Shown piece after piece: positions 17,479-28,211 of a stretch of DNA of 39,813 bases. Position numbers and translations under genes: made by a program. The stretch is from a virus (taxonomy: Duplodnaviria; Caudoviricetes). How positions within the stretch are numbered: the first letter of the stretch is position 1; each line of letters begins with the position of its first letter. The notes beneath the pieces were generated by a model, which made no database searches, was not told the origin of the DNA, and worked only from the letters and a program-made list of their open reading frames with translations. The stretch spans positions 1-39,813 of IMG/VR virus record IMGVR_UViG_3300017766_000487; one strand, 5' to 3'.

Positions 17479-20229
17479 CTAAGGTTTATAAATTATATAC
17501 ATTCCACGTTGGGTTAAAATTAAACTGCCATATTCTTTATCTACTGTAGCTATGGTTGTATATCCTGCATTAGGATTACTAGTTGCCCAATTAGGTAGAT
17601 ATCTCCAAGCTTCGTTATCCGGGAAAGGCTCTCCATTTTTTCTAAATCTAGATATTCTAGTCCATTGTCCAGAACCAGTAGTTGTAGGAGTTCCAGAAGA
17701 ATAATACACATCGTTAGAAATCTGACCAAAATCTGTTCTAACTTTACCTGTTCCCGGTAGAGATTCTGGAACTTTAAATGGGTATGGACTTGGATCTCCG
17801 GGAGGTGATTCTATCAAAATTGTGCTAGTATCCCTAATAGAAGAAGCCCACCCTAAAATAACAGCATTAGCATACCCCTCCAACATGGTGTAACTTTGAT
17901 CTCTCAACCCACCCAACTTAGCTCCATCCACACTAGCCCAGACATCCATCCAAGGGTGAGGGTATTCGTAATCATTAGCAAATGTAAATGAACTAGTTAT
18001 ACCTGTAGCATCTCTATCAGTTTGAGTGTATGGTTTTTTAATTATTAAAGGAAGTGCAGATGTTCCATGATGTAATACTAGTTTATCTACATTTAATACT
18101 GTGCATTGATAAGGTTTAGTATCTTCTTGACACATGAATGTAGAAGATAAAGTTAAACTATTTTCTTCAACATCTTTAGACCAATATATAACAGAAAGTC
18201 CAGAAGGCCACACATTTACTCCCGGATCCATTCCTTCGCTTTCAAATATTTGAGGAACTCCATAACCTTTATAGCCAGTAAAAGTATCCTGAGCTTTTTG
18301 CACATATCCGTAAGGCTGTATTCCCCAATACTCTCCAGTTCTTCCAACCATCGTAATTCCACTAGAAACTTCTATAGCACTTTTAGAATAACAGAAATTT
18401 AAAGCTTCATTCAAATTAATTGTTGATAAAGAGTGAGTTCCAGTAGAGCTAGTATGGATCTCCCAATCAACAAACATTCCTGAATACTGTTTGTTGAATA
18501 CTTCTATATTATATGGATTATCTACTGTACCAGATATAAAACTAGAAACAATTAAATTAGGTAATGTTATTACACTTCCAGAAGGATTGTTTGTATTAAA
18601 CTGCACATAGGTTGGTATGTGAGTTAGATTCATTAATAAACAACTAGATAACCACAATCCTGTGGAAGTTGTTAAATCAAACTCTACTGGACTAGTCTCT
18701 ATAAAAGTATAGGGTTTATGATCTGGTGTAATGCCTGATACCTGACTCCAAGTAGCTCCGTCAACTCCATTATTAGTAAGAACTCCGGGAATGTAGTCTG
18801 TGGACCTTGCATAATAAGTTCCTCTTGATTTACCACCCTCATCAGAAGCTCCGTAAGAAGAAGCACACCAATATGTAATAGATTTAGTAAGAGGGCTCAT
18901 TTGAGCATTTAATGGAGTGTTATACGTTCCACTCATCGAGGTTAGTGAGGCAGGAGCACCATACCACCAAGTGAAGCGATTAGATAACACAGCATCATGT
19001 AAAACCATAGCAGCGGGATACCATCCAGATGGTGATGGATCTAATTGAAGACCTGCAATACCAGCAGCATGGCCCCCACCTACGCCAAATCCATAAAAGT
19101 ATATTTTATCTTTATTAATAGGATAAGCATCAATTAAATATCTAACTATAGCTTTAGTATGATTTATAGCTTCTTTTGAGAATGCACTATACACCATAGC
19201 TCTTGAAGTATTTCCTACTCCGCTGTCTCCTAATGGAGCTACACCAAAAGAATTTCTAGAATTTAATTGCTCTGCTAATGCTGAAAATGTTGTTGCAAAA
19301 GATCTTTCCTGTCCAAAGTCTGCAAAAGCAACCATTAAAGGTAGTTCTGCATTTCCATAATTAGCGGCTGAAGGAATTAGTACTTGGAACTTATCTGAGA
19401 ATAAATCTCCTGTTTTTAAAACTCTTCTAGCTGGATCATTATTATTTAATGTATAAGGAACATTATTATAAGTAGTTGTACTGTCAATTTCTGTAAACTC
19501 TTCGAAAGTCCCCTCTGGAGTCGTAGGTCTTCCATAAGCTATTCCAGTAGGCACTAATTCTGTTTCTCCACTTTGAACTAATATGTTTAATAAAGTATAG
19601 CCCGCTCCTGTTGATAAAACTTCAGACTCACTAGTTATTATTGTCCATCTAAATATAAGACTAAAATCTTGAGTCTTTCTTACAGGATTGAATTTTTTAT
19701 AACAAACTAATATAGGCTTGTCTTCTTTACTCAATGTTGGATTTTTTACAAGCATCCCTATTTCACTAAGTGAAGCTTCTCTACTATTAACAGCCAGATC
19801 GTTGCAAGCTTCTTCATCTATGACAATAGTGTATCTTACAGTATTATTTCCTAATTTATTTATTTTGCTTTTAGGTATCTTGGCAGCAGGTAATCTTTTA
19901 AATTCATTGCTGGTTATCTGTTCTCTAATTTCTACATCTAAATTAGATCCAGTACCGTATTGATCGACTGAAGTTAATGGACCCAACAATTCAAATACAG
20001 AACTTGTAACAGTTGCTGCATTTCCTGAAACTCCTACTTGAAACCTGTCTATCTGAAAGTTTTCTATTGAGCAATCTTCTGGTGCTGTAAACATTTCCGA
20101 TATAGCTACGCCCATACCAGAAACAATCATGTTTCTATCTTTTAATAACAACTCTTCTCTACCATCTTCATATTTTTTTATGATGGTTAAGAATCCTTTT
20201 ACGCCTACGACAGTATCTTCAAAGTTCAT
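17479..20229 (-). CDS. Fibre-anchor domain fused to a degenerate alpha/beta-hydrolase (esterase-like) domain; putative receptor-binding protein
   Basis: The N-terminal ~200 aa match 16846-17454. Then come PLMVAFADFG and YPINKDKIYFYGFGVGGGHA. I moved the start from 20247 to 20229 (MNFED), which gives an ATGA overlap with the upstream stop. Confidence 0.7.
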   Translation of the reverse strand: MNFEDTVVGVKGFLTIIKKYEDGREELLLKDRNMIVSGMGVAISEMFTAPEDCSIENFQIDRFQVGVSGNAATVTSSVFELLGPLTSVDQYGTGSNLDVEIREQITSNEFKRLPAAKIPKSKINKLGNNTVRYTIVIDEEACNDLAVNSREASLSEIGMLVKNPTLSKEDKPILVCYKKFNPVRKTQDFSLIFRWTIITSESEVLSTGAGYTLLNILVQSGETELVPTGIAYGRPTTPEGTFEEFTEIDSTTTYNNVPYTLNNNDPARRVLKTGDLFSDKFQVLIPSAANYGNAELPLMVAFADFGQERSFATTFSALAEQLNSRNSFGVAPLGDSGVGNTSRAMVYSAFSKEAINHTKAIVRYLIDAYPINKDKIYFYGFGVGGGHAAGIAGLQLDPSPSGWYPAAMVLHDAVLSNRFTWWYGAPASLTSMSGTYNTPLNAQMSPLTKSITYWCASSYGASDEGGKSRGTYYARSTDYIPGVLTNNGVDGATWSQVSGITPDHKPYTFIETSPVEFDLTTSTGLWLSSCLLMNLTHIPTYVQFNTNNPSGSVITLPNLIVSSFISGTVDNPYNIEVFNKQYSGMFVDWEIHTSSTGTHSLSTINLNEALNFCYSKSAIEVSSGITMVGRTGEYWGIQPYGYVQKAQDTFTGYKGYGVPQIFESEGMDPGVNVWPSGLSVIYWSKDVEENSLTLSSTFMCQEDTKPYQCTVLNVDKLVLHHGTSALPLIIKKPYTQTDRDATGITSSFTFANDYEYPHPWMDVWASVDGAKLGGLRDQSYTMLEGYANAVILGWASSIRDTSTILIESPPGDPSPYPFKVPESLPGTGKVRTDFGQISNDVYYSSGTPTTTGSGQWTRISRFRKNGEPFPDNEAWRYLPNWATSNPNAGYTTIATVDKEYGSLILTQRGMYIIYKP

Positions 20230-21395
20230 AGGAAATGCAATCTCCACTTAATTGTTAAATCATTTCTAAATTTTTCATCAGTAGTATAACACAAATTTTT
20301 ACTCAATCCTTTTCTACAAAACAACTTATATTTTCTAGGATTATTTAATACATTAAAACTGTAAGGAGGAGTATTTCCATTCTGTAAAGACTTATTTATA
20401 TCTATAGTCCAAAGTCCTAGATGATAAATACCTCCATATGCATTAGCAAAGGCTAAGTCTCCAGAAGCTAAAGACACCGAGTACTCTATAACTCCATTAG
20501 AAGAAAAGTTAGAATTAGCAGAAATACATAATCCACTAGCCGTGCTACTCATTTGATATGACCCTGCTGGAACACTGGACATGACCATGTTAACAAATCC
20601 AGAAACATCCATAGAGCTAACCTCATTAAAGAAGCCACCAATTACAGGAACTTTCTGAGCTAATACTTGGCCTAAGCTTGCAGTTAAATTTGTTAAACTT
20701 TCTGATCTGATATTGTAATACAATACATGAAAATTAGATCCTGCTGGTAAAGTAGAACTTCCGGGAGGGAAACTTCCCATTATACTAGCTGTAGTAATCG
20801 CTGATAGTTGAGAACTAACTTGAGTGTTTTGAGTTGTATAAAAAGCTATAGCTGATGGTATAAAGTTAGTTAACTGACCATTAGAAGGAAATATAGAACT
20901 TATAGAATAGTCTCCTACAGTTTGAGAAGATTGTATCCCCGGCTCTAGTTCCGTTAGAATAGGCTCTGGAGCTATTGGAAGTCCTACCCTTGGAGCATAA
21001 CTTAGTGCCGTAGGTTCCATTGTAAATTGAGTATCGGGATTAGGAAGGGAGGATACTGCAAATACAATAGGAACAATTCCACTAATGGCTAGAATGTTAC
21101 CAGCTCCGTAAAAATTTAGGTCATATTTAAAATCATTTTTATATCTAGTATTTTTTGCAATACTAAACTTACGGGCATTTTCATTAAATGCATCTTTACC
21201 TGTTCCAAAAGATATAGCTTGAATTCTATAGTTAGAAGCATCTAGTATGGAAGAAGTTCCTAGATGGTTAACAGAAGATAGTGAAGGTGATACAGTCATT
21301 ATGTCAGCCAACAACTCTCCAGCCCCATCAACGATCATATTGGGTTCTACATAAAGGAGTTGCTCTCCATTCCAAATTTCTACTTCACCTCTCAT
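20226..21395 (-). CDS. Baseplate/fibre-anchor family protein (distant paralogue with insertions)
   Basis: 389 aa with MRGEVEI..NMIVDGAG at the start and DLTIKWRLHFL at the end, the same frame as the 202-aa protein. Confidence 0.65.
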   Translation of the reverse strand: MRGEVEIWNGEQLLYVEPNMIVDGAGELLADIMTVSPSLSSVNHLGTSSILDASNYRIQAISFGTGKDAFNENARKFSIAKNTRYKNDFKYDLNFYGAGNILAISGIVPIVFAVSSLPNPDTQFTMEPTALSYAPRVGLPIAPEPILTELEPGIQSSQTVGDYSISSIFPSNGQLTNFIPSAIAFYTTQNTQVSSQLSAITTASIMGSFPPGSSTLPAGSNFHVLYYNIRSESLTNLTASLGQVLAQKVPVIGGFFNEVSSMDVSGFVNMVMSSVPAGSYQMSSTASGLCISANSNFSSNGVIEYSVSLASGDLAFANAYGGIYHLGLWTIDINKSLQNGNTPPYSFNVLNNPRKYKLFCRKGLSKNLCYTTDEKFRNDLTIKWRLHFL

Positions 21396-24300
21396 TAGTT
21401 ATCAAGCTCCAGTGATGTATAGTAACCATAAGTACCGTTTTTAGTGTGAGGCACCCATTCAGGATGTATTCTGTAGTTAAGTCTGCTTCCACCACTAACC
21501 TCTAGAATTCCAGAAGTTAATGTTGCATTTCTAGAAGCTAAAACTGTAGAATAGGTTCCACTCTCTAATCCAGCTAAACTATTATAGAACTTTAGAACAT
21601 CTCTAAGTTCTGGTTTATCTAAATAAATCATATATTCTTCTACAAATGGAGTTAGAGGTATTCCACTTGTAGGTATTCCAAAACCTTTTCCTATACCAGC
21701 ATATTGCTTTAAAGTCTTGTCCTGTAACTCTATAGAATCGATTAGAAGATATTTCTTGTTATTATCATTAGGCATAAAGAATACTTCTACTATGTAGTTT
21801 GTATTATCTCTATTGACCTGTTCAGTTATCTTGTATTCAGGATTCTGTATTGATATTATTTGTAAGTATTCTGAGTTATTATTTGTAGTGAAGTTTCTAG
21901 TATCAAAGTCTATTGAGAATGTTTCAAAGTAATCATCCTTTAAATTCTTTAAAGTAAGATTGTTTGTAAATTCTGTAGTTTTGGTGAAGTTACCTAAACA
22001 AGCTATGTCAACAGGAAGTTTAGTTTCAAAAGCATAAGTATGAGATAGGTTTTGTTTTACAAGGTCCAAAGAAATATCAGACTCTCTACAGAACTCCCAC
22101 TTACCTCTTGATGTCCAAGACCACAGTAACCCGCTAACAGGTTGTGTGTGAATCCACACTCCTATCTGACCTCCACCCAGTACTGGATCTTCTTCATCTC
22201 CTACTAGAGCTTTAATCTTTAAGTTAAACTTGTGATCTTTTATAAAGTAATTTCTTCTATCTCCATATGAAGATAAATCAAATCTAATTCTTGGTAAACC
22301 TCCAACAGATTTACTCTTAATTACTGTATTATTTATTAAACAATCACAAGACCCTTTAGTAGCGGTTGATGGATCTAATCTAAAAATCTGGAATTGGTTA
22401 TCCGTTGGTGCTCCAGAAATATCACACAACTCTATACCACTAAGTATGTGTGGATTTCTAAACTCAGCGTGGAACGCACTTGCTTGAACAAATGTTCCTA
22501 ATAGAGGAACTACGCACTGTCCAGCAGCACTAGCAATATAAGTTCCAGTTCCTCCTGTTTTCCAAACAGTTGAGGTGTTTATGGCACTGGTAGATTCAAT
22601 ATTTTTTAGAATAAAGTTTCCAACAGCAGAACCATCTAAATCAAAATCGCAGTTGAACAAACCTTTTCCAAAAACGTGTGCAAAAATATTTCCACCAGTC
22701 TTATCTGTTTCAATTGGATTCAAAGAATGCTTTGCAAAATACTTACAATAATCTCGGTGCAATTTGTGCAAGCCATTACCGAATCTAAAGTTCTCATAAT
22801 CAGCAAAAGAATTTAAAGTATATCCACTAGCAAATGCTTCATTAGCTATACTAAGAACATGATTCTTCCAATAGTCATCAGGAATGTATGCGCTTGGGGT
22901 TAGACTTACTATATTCTCTGCAAGTGCTTTTGCTCTTTCATAGAGCAATTTATTCATCGTAATGTAAATTTGAGGAACCTGACCTCTATCTACATATCTT
23001 GATGATCTGGACCCTTCCTGATAAACTTTAGCATTTGACCCTAAGCTGTATAAACCCCTATAAGGGAATGTGCTACTGACTGGAATGCCTGAGAAAGATC
23101 TTGAAGATTCTAGACCTTCACAATAATGCCAAACTCCAGAAGGACTTACTGGATCTACTACGGGATGGAATTTAGCAGCAGAAGCAACATAGCCTAGTGT
23201 GAATTCTCCTAGTGAAGAACCCATCGAGTACTCTAGGACTGAAGGATCAAAAGATACAGGTCCATTAAATCCTGTTCTATCATAGTAGCCTTCGTGTGGT
23301 AGTGTATACTTATAATTTCTTCTTCTTAAATCTCTTCTAGCAACACTAGAACCATTAATTGACTGCGTAGATGAGAGGAGATTATCAAGTATTGAATCTA
23401 CTTGTGCTCTCTTGAAAGTGTTCAAACCACCTCGGCCACCATCTGACCCGACGTTATTATCACCCCCTCCCGCAGCAAAGAAGAAGCTTCCACCACTATA
23501 TTCAAAATTCGTTAGAACTGAACCAGAGGTGTATGAAGCCTTAGTATCATCATGATCAAAATTGACATAATCATACTTAGTACTCGAAGTTATATAGGTG
23601 TCCAGCGAGCTTCCTGAGATATTTACTCTAGTAATTGCGTGTGCTGGCGCAAACTCTCTTGCTACTCTAGAAGCTTCATATAGACCATATCTACCATCAC
23701 CCTCTAAAGTAGTCTTAGTAAAATCAAAATCTGAGTCTGGGAAGTTTATAAACAAATGAGATGATTTACCACACCATAAGTTTAATAAATTCTTTTCAAA
23801 ATCAGAAGTATTAGACATAACTTCGTTAAAGTTAGGAGGACTTTGTAACGAAGTAAAGAACATTAGCCACTCATTTAGTGATCCCAAGTCTGTGTTGTTA
23901 CTTACAACATTTTCTAATAAATATTCTCCTACTTGATCAGCAAACTCATCTCTTACTTTAAAACATTTAAGTCTTTCAACTAAGAAGCTAACCATGTCCC
24001 CAGTAAGACCACAATCTCTATAATATTTTACTTCTTCAAATGGAGGTAATGGATAGTTTGTCTTACCTCTATAGTTGAATAAGAAAGTTAAGTCTCCTAC
24101 AAACTTTAGATATACTGGACGTTCTCCTGTTAGAGATGGTCCTTCTCCTGCCATATAAACTCCATAACCAAAAGGACCATATCCTGTAGCAGCATCAAAT
24201 CCCGCCGACTCTCCAAACTTTCTAGCATCTTGCTTGTATGCTTCAAATCCTTCTATTCTAACATGGAAAGGTTTCATGTTAGGCTCACCAACATAAGTGT

Positions 24301-26161
24301 ATAACTCTAACTCCTCCCCAGAAATACTATCAACTACTACTAGTCTAGGAGGATCAAATCTTTTGTTATTGAAAATAAAATTATTAGGATAATTTCTAAA
24401 CAAATCTAGAATGATTGAATCAGTAACAATTTTTAAATTGTCTTCTAAACTTTTTTCATTATATTCATAGACTCCATTTTTAAGAGCTACATTTCTATTC
24501 CAAGTATTTAAGTTTTTAAGTAGAGGAGACTCTGTTCCAAGTGCATACCATATTAGTTGAGGAACATATGATTCCCAAAGCTCTTGAACTTTTCCAGATA
24601 CATCAAAAACAGAGTCTACAATTAATGAGTTTATTGCTGCTTGTATTGCAGCCAAAGTTCCACTTGATTTATAAAGTTTTATAGCTGTTAATAGTTGATG
24701 TCTCCACTTAGCAGGAGAGTTACCTCTTAATTTGAATCCTACTAAATCAGCTATGTATTGTAAGTGTTCATCTCTAACATTTTCAACATCATAAATCAGT
24801 CCAATATTTTCAACTTGGTCAGTTAAGTCTGCTAACTCATAACCAAGCATATTTAAGAACTTTCTATGTGGACCTTTTGATTTACGATCATCTAGAGGTA
24901 ATCCAGAATCCATGAAACTATCAAAAGCATTCTTTACTGTAAAATCTGATTGATCGATATAAAGTGGCGAGTATATTACATCTATTAGTGTATTAAGAGC
25001 ATCTAGCTTCTGGGTTCCACTAGTATAAGTTGCTGCTCTTTGATTTGCTAATTCAATAAAGGTTCCAGCATTATCAAATATAGCACCACTTTCATTTGTT
25101 AGTATCGTGTCATTATATCCTGAAACATATATTGACGGAATGAATGTGTCAAATTCCCTGTTTGAAGTATTCCTCCAAATAAATTCAGTAAGACCTTTTA
25201 TACCATCTACAGTTTCTAATTTTCTACCATCATACAAATCAGATAAACAATCTAGAACATATTTAGAAGGACTATAAATTAATTCATATGAAGGATCAGA
25301 AAAAAGTTCTCCTGCAATATTGAGAGTAGGTCCTCTTGATGCTTTGAAATAATCTAGAACGTCTTTAGTTACATAAAAATCAAAGTAAGCTCCGGGATTT
25401 CCGGGAGTACCATATCTTTTAATTTTATCTTCAAATAATTCAGTGCTTGTGCCATCAGTAAAATACACTGAGGATGTTGCAGGTATACCTGTTTCATATA
25501 TAAATCTATAAACATGACCTGCATGAAGATAAGGTATATTAGTATCAAAGAAATCTACATCACCTGTAAATTCAAACGAAGCTGCATCAAGTATACCAAC
25601 ATTTATAATTTTTCTAGGGTAGGGTTCACTATTTAATAAGTAAAACCATCCTAAAGAATCAACTAAATAATTATGAACACTGCTTGCATTTGAATCACCC
25701 GTTAAGGCAGATAGTGTACTAATATTACTCTGTAATGCGTTTTGAATATTTTCTTGTGGTAGTTTTATTTTTGGAAGTAGTGTTCCAGATAAATAAGATT
25801 TAAACTCTTCTTTAGTATCAAAATCTGCGAAAGTAGTTCCTAATGGAAGTAAGATTTTAGTTTCAAAATCATAAGGGCCAATATTTGTTAATCTATTTTG
25901 TTTAATAAAATATTGAGATATGCCGTCTATATTATTTAAATTTTCAGTCTGTGTTCCGGGAATAGCTGAAACTGGTATTACCGAAGAAAAATCATTAGCT
26001 ATATTGATATGGCAGTTTATTATTTCAGATAATGGATTTAATCCATCTCCACTAACATTTAAATCTTCCTCCTGATAAATATCAGGAGTTAAAGATTCAA
26101 GAATATCTACAAAATTAGTTTTGTAGTATCTTCTAGTCGTAGATACAAACTTATCTGCCAT
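21395..26161 (-). CDS. Large baseplate wedge protein containing a P2 gpI / T4 gp7-like segment
   Basis: 1588 aa, directly after gp6. LQYIADLVGF...WRHQLLTAIKLYKSSGTLAAIQAAI is the tail-I-like pattern, and FAPAH occurs later. Confidence 0.75.
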   Translation of the reverse strand: MADKFVSTTRRYYKTNFVDILESLTPDIYQEEDLNVSGDGLNPLSEIINCHINIANDFSSVIPVSAIPGTQTENLNNIDGISQYFIKQNRLTNIGPYDFETKILLPLGTTFADFDTKEEFKSYLSGTLLPKIKLPQENIQNALQSNISTLSALTGDSNASSVHNYLVDSLGWFYLLNSEPYPRKIINVGILDAASFEFTGDVDFFDTNIPYLHAGHVYRFIYETGIPATSSVYFTDGTSTELFEDKIKRYGTPGNPGAYFDFYVTKDVLDYFKASRGPTLNIAGELFSDPSYELIYSPSKYVLDCLSDLYDGRKLETVDGIKGLTEFIWRNTSNREFDTFIPSIYVSGYNDTILTNESGAIFDNAGTFIELANQRAATYTSGTQKLDALNTLIDVIYSPLYIDQSDFTVKNAFDSFMDSGLPLDDRKSKGPHRKFLNMLGYELADLTDQVENIGLIYDVENVRDEHLQYIADLVGFKLRGNSPAKWRHQLLTAIKLYKSSGTLAAIQAAINSLIVDSVFDVSGKVQELWESYVPQLIWYALGTESPLLKNLNTWNRNVALKNGVYEYNEKSLEDNLKIVTDSIILDLFRNYPNNFIFNNKRFDPPRLVVVDSISGEELELYTYVGEPNMKPFHVRIEGFEAYKQDARKFGESAGFDAATGYGPFGYGVYMAGEGPSLTGERPVYLKFVGDLTFLFNYRGKTNYPLPPFEEVKYYRDCGLTGDMVSFLVERLKCFKVRDEFADQVGEYLLENVVSNNTDLGSLNEWLMFFTSLQSPPNFNEVMSNTSDFEKNLLNLWCGKSSHLFINFPDSDFDFTKTTLEGDGRYGLYEASRVAREFAPAHAITRVNISGSSLDTYITSSTKYDYVNFDHDDTKASYTSGSVLTNFEYSGGSFFFAAGGGDNNVGSDGGRGGLNTFKRAQVDSILDNLLSSTQSINGSSVARRDLRRRNYKYTLPHEGYYDRTGFNGPVSFDPSVLEYSMGSSLGEFTLGYVASAAKFHPVVDPVSPSGVWHYCEGLESSRSFSGIPVSSTFPYRGLYSLGSNAKVYQEGSRSSRYVDRGQVPQIYITMNKLLYERAKALAENIVSLTPSAYIPDDYWKNHVLSIANEAFASGYTLNSFADYENFRFGNGLHKLHRDYCKYFAKHSLNPIETDKTGGNIFAHVFGKGLFNCDFDLDGSAVGNFILKNIESTSAINTSTVWKTGGTGTYIASAAGQCVVPLLGTFVQASAFHAEFRNPHILSGIELCDISGAPTDNQFQIFRLDPSTATKGSCDCLINNTVIKSKSVGGLPRIRFDLSSYGDRRNYFIKDHKFNLKIKALVGDEEDPVLGGGQIGVWIHTQPVSGLLWSWTSRGKWEFCRESDISLDLVKQNLSHTYAFETKLPVDIACLGNFTKTTEFTNNLTLKNLKDDYFETFSIDFDTRNFTTNNNSEYLQIISIQNPEYKITEQVNRDNTNYIVEVFFMPNDNNKKYLLIDSIELQDKTLKQYAGIGKGFGIPTSGIPLTPFVEEYMIYLDKPELRDVLKFYNSLAGLESGTYSTVLASRNATLTSGILEVSGGSRLNYRIHPEWVPHTKNGTYGYYTSLELDN

Positions 26162-27753
26162 TAGTCTAGTAACTCAATATTTATTGTGAGATTGTTCAAC
26201 TGTATGATCTCGTTAAAATCAATAGGAACATCTTGTTGTAAATTGTCTATTGTAGAGAATCTAACTTCATCTATTTCAAATATCTGTCTATTCAACTCTG
26301 TAATTGATAAGTTTTGACCAAACTCTCTATTATCAACTGCCATATAATTTAGTATTCTATTTCTAACTTTAGTCTTAATCTGTTCTTGATTCTTTTCTTC
26401 TGCCTTATCTATTCTTACTGTGGTAACTAAATCAATTGTTCTAATTAATCCATCTACAATTACTATGTCATCAGTAGCCATTTTCTTTTTGTTCATGGCA
26501 GCAAGTAATTGAGTTTTAAAATTAGTAGTGGCTCTTTGTAATTGTAAATCAGAAGCCTTTTCAAGAACATAAATATCAATTACGTTAGCAGATGAATAAG
26601 CTTTTCTAATTGCTGCTGTAGCTTTACCTACAGTTCCATAACTGCTTATATATGTGTTTGCAAATACAGAGTAGTCTTCTAGAGTTACTAGACGATCTTG
26701 GCTTCTAAATACTAAAGGAGCATATCTCTTAGCGTGCTCTACAGTTTCAGCATTCGCTCCACCAGTGCCTTTAGAAATGTTTGTCAGTGTTGCAGTCTTC
26801 GTTCCAGCACCAGTTGCCAAGTTTACTTGAGTATTAATAAAGTTATTAGGAATATTTCCTCTAGTTCCTCCTCCTACTCTGTAGAATACAGTAAACGTAG
26901 CACTCTCAGAAGGGGTTATTCCTGTTGAATTATCTCCAAAGATAATCGTAGCATTATACTCATCATCATAAACTACTTCAAATATCTTATCATCCGATCC
27001 AGATGCAAAATAAATATTTTGAACTTCAGTATATGCACCAGTAGCTAAAGAATTATTAGTGTCTACAATATAAACCTGAATGCTTCCATCTATTATTGGA
27101 CCTTGAGACAGTCTTATACTTTTAACTCCCTCCGTAGCAGCAAAGTCTCCAGTCTCTTGAACTAGAGCACCTTCCTGTAATACTAAATTTGTAAATACGT
27201 TTTTCTGTGTATTAGAGGCTTCTGTATCATATAGAATTATGTTGCCTGTGCTATTTACAGTATCAACCAAGCCATTTACAATCTTGTATAGAGTATAAGT
27301 TAACGATCCTCCATCTTCAGGAGAAGATATGTTAATTATTCTTTTATCTGGAGTTATTGTTCCAGATAATCCTGTAAGGTTATCTAAAAAAGTAAGCTTT
27401 GCCTGTGCAGCAGCAGACAAAGGCCCCTTCATTCGTACTCCTATCAGATTTAGTAATTTTCTTACGCTAGACCTTTGCTTTGCAGTAGCTAGAAAGTTTT
27501 CATTAGCCAACATATCAGCTTTCATGGACATTACCGCTCCCATGTAAGCTACTAGCTCTATAAACATCATTCCTAGATCTGATTCTACAAAGTATTGATA
27601 GTCATCTGGATAAACAGCTTTAGCATAAGCTATTAGCGAATTTCTTAGAGTTAAGAAATCTGTGGCTGCAAAATTAACTAAAGTTGGCCTTTTTTGTAAA
27701 GGCACTTCAGCTAACTTCATAAAATCAGAAGACATATTTCCAGAGAATATCAT
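26161..27753 (-). CDS. gp6: Baseplate wedge subunit, T4 gp6 / baseplate J-like
   Basis: DFLTLRNSL, ESDLGMMFIELVAY, ENFLATAKQRSSV, IIFGD, YRVGGG..GN, GGANAETVEHAKRYAP..FRSQDRLVTLEDY. Confidence 0.93.
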   Translation of the reverse strand: MIFSGNMSSDFMKLAEVPLQKRPTLVNFAATDFLTLRNSLIAYAKAVYPDDYQYFVESDLGMMFIELVAYMGAVMSMKADMLANENFLATAKQRSSVRKLLNLIGVRMKGPLSAAAQAKLTFLDNLTGLSGTITPDKRIINISSPEDGGSLTYTLYKIVNGLVDTVNSTGNIILYDTEASNTQKNVFTNLVLQEGALVQETGDFAATEGVKSIRLSQGPIIDGSIQVYIVDTNNSLATGAYTEVQNIYFASGSDDKIFEVVYDDEYNATIIFGDNSTGITPSESATFTVFYRVGGGTRGNIPNNFINTQVNLATGAGTKTATLTNISKGTGGANAETVEHAKRYAPLVFRSQDRLVTLEDYSVFANTYISSYGTVGKATAAIRKAYSSANVIDIYVLEKASDLQLQRATTNFKTQLLAAMNKKKMATDDIVIVDGLIRTIDLVTTVRIDKAEEKNQEQIKTKVRNRILNYMAVDNREFGQNLSITELNRQIFEIDEVRFSTIDNLQQDVPIDFNEIIQLNNLTINIELLD

Positions 27754-28211
27754 GATATGAAAACCTCTACATCAAAAATTTCTAAATCATCAGAGTTAAG
27801 TTTTAAAGTTAAATTAACAATTAAAGAGTTTCCACCTGCTGGACCTAGATCTCCTGTAGGGAAGACTGCTATCTTTTGAAGGGTAGCTCCTCTGATATAG
27901 TTAGCAAAAGAAAATTCAATTTCTCTTTTGATAGAATCAAAAGTTAAATCGTCTAATGGTTCGAACAAATACTTTCTTAAGTTACATCCATAATTAGGAA
28001 GCATAACTCTCTCACCAGTCTCGGTCATTAATAACTGTCTTACCGAGTTTCTAATCATATTAATTCCAGATTGTTTTGAAAAATAGTTACTACCATTAGA
28101 ACCTAATGGATAACTTAAACCACAAATAAGTTTTCTTTGTGATTTTGGAAGTTGAGAATTATACTTTGTAGGTAGTTTTCCTCGTATTACTGTTGTTTGA
28201 TTAGCAGCCAT
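27750..28211 (-). CDS. gp25: Baseplate sheath initiator, gp25/GPW family
   Basis: IRNSVRQLLMTETGERVMLPNYGCNLRKYLFEP. Confidence 0.95.
   Translation of the reverse strand: MAANQTTVIRGKLPTKYNSQLPKSQRKLICGLSYPLGSNGSNYFSKQSGINMIRNSVRQLLMTETGERVMLPNYGCNLRKYLFEPLDDLTFDSIKREIEFSFANYIRGATLQKIAVFPTGDLGPAGGNSLIVNLTLKLNSDDLEIFDVEVFIS

Noticed and set aside
20230-20247. ORF-track start at 20247 (MEIAFP)
   Set aside because: It overlaps the upstream gene by 22 nt. The ATG at 20229 gives the usual ATGA coupling and matches the paralogue's N-terminal length.
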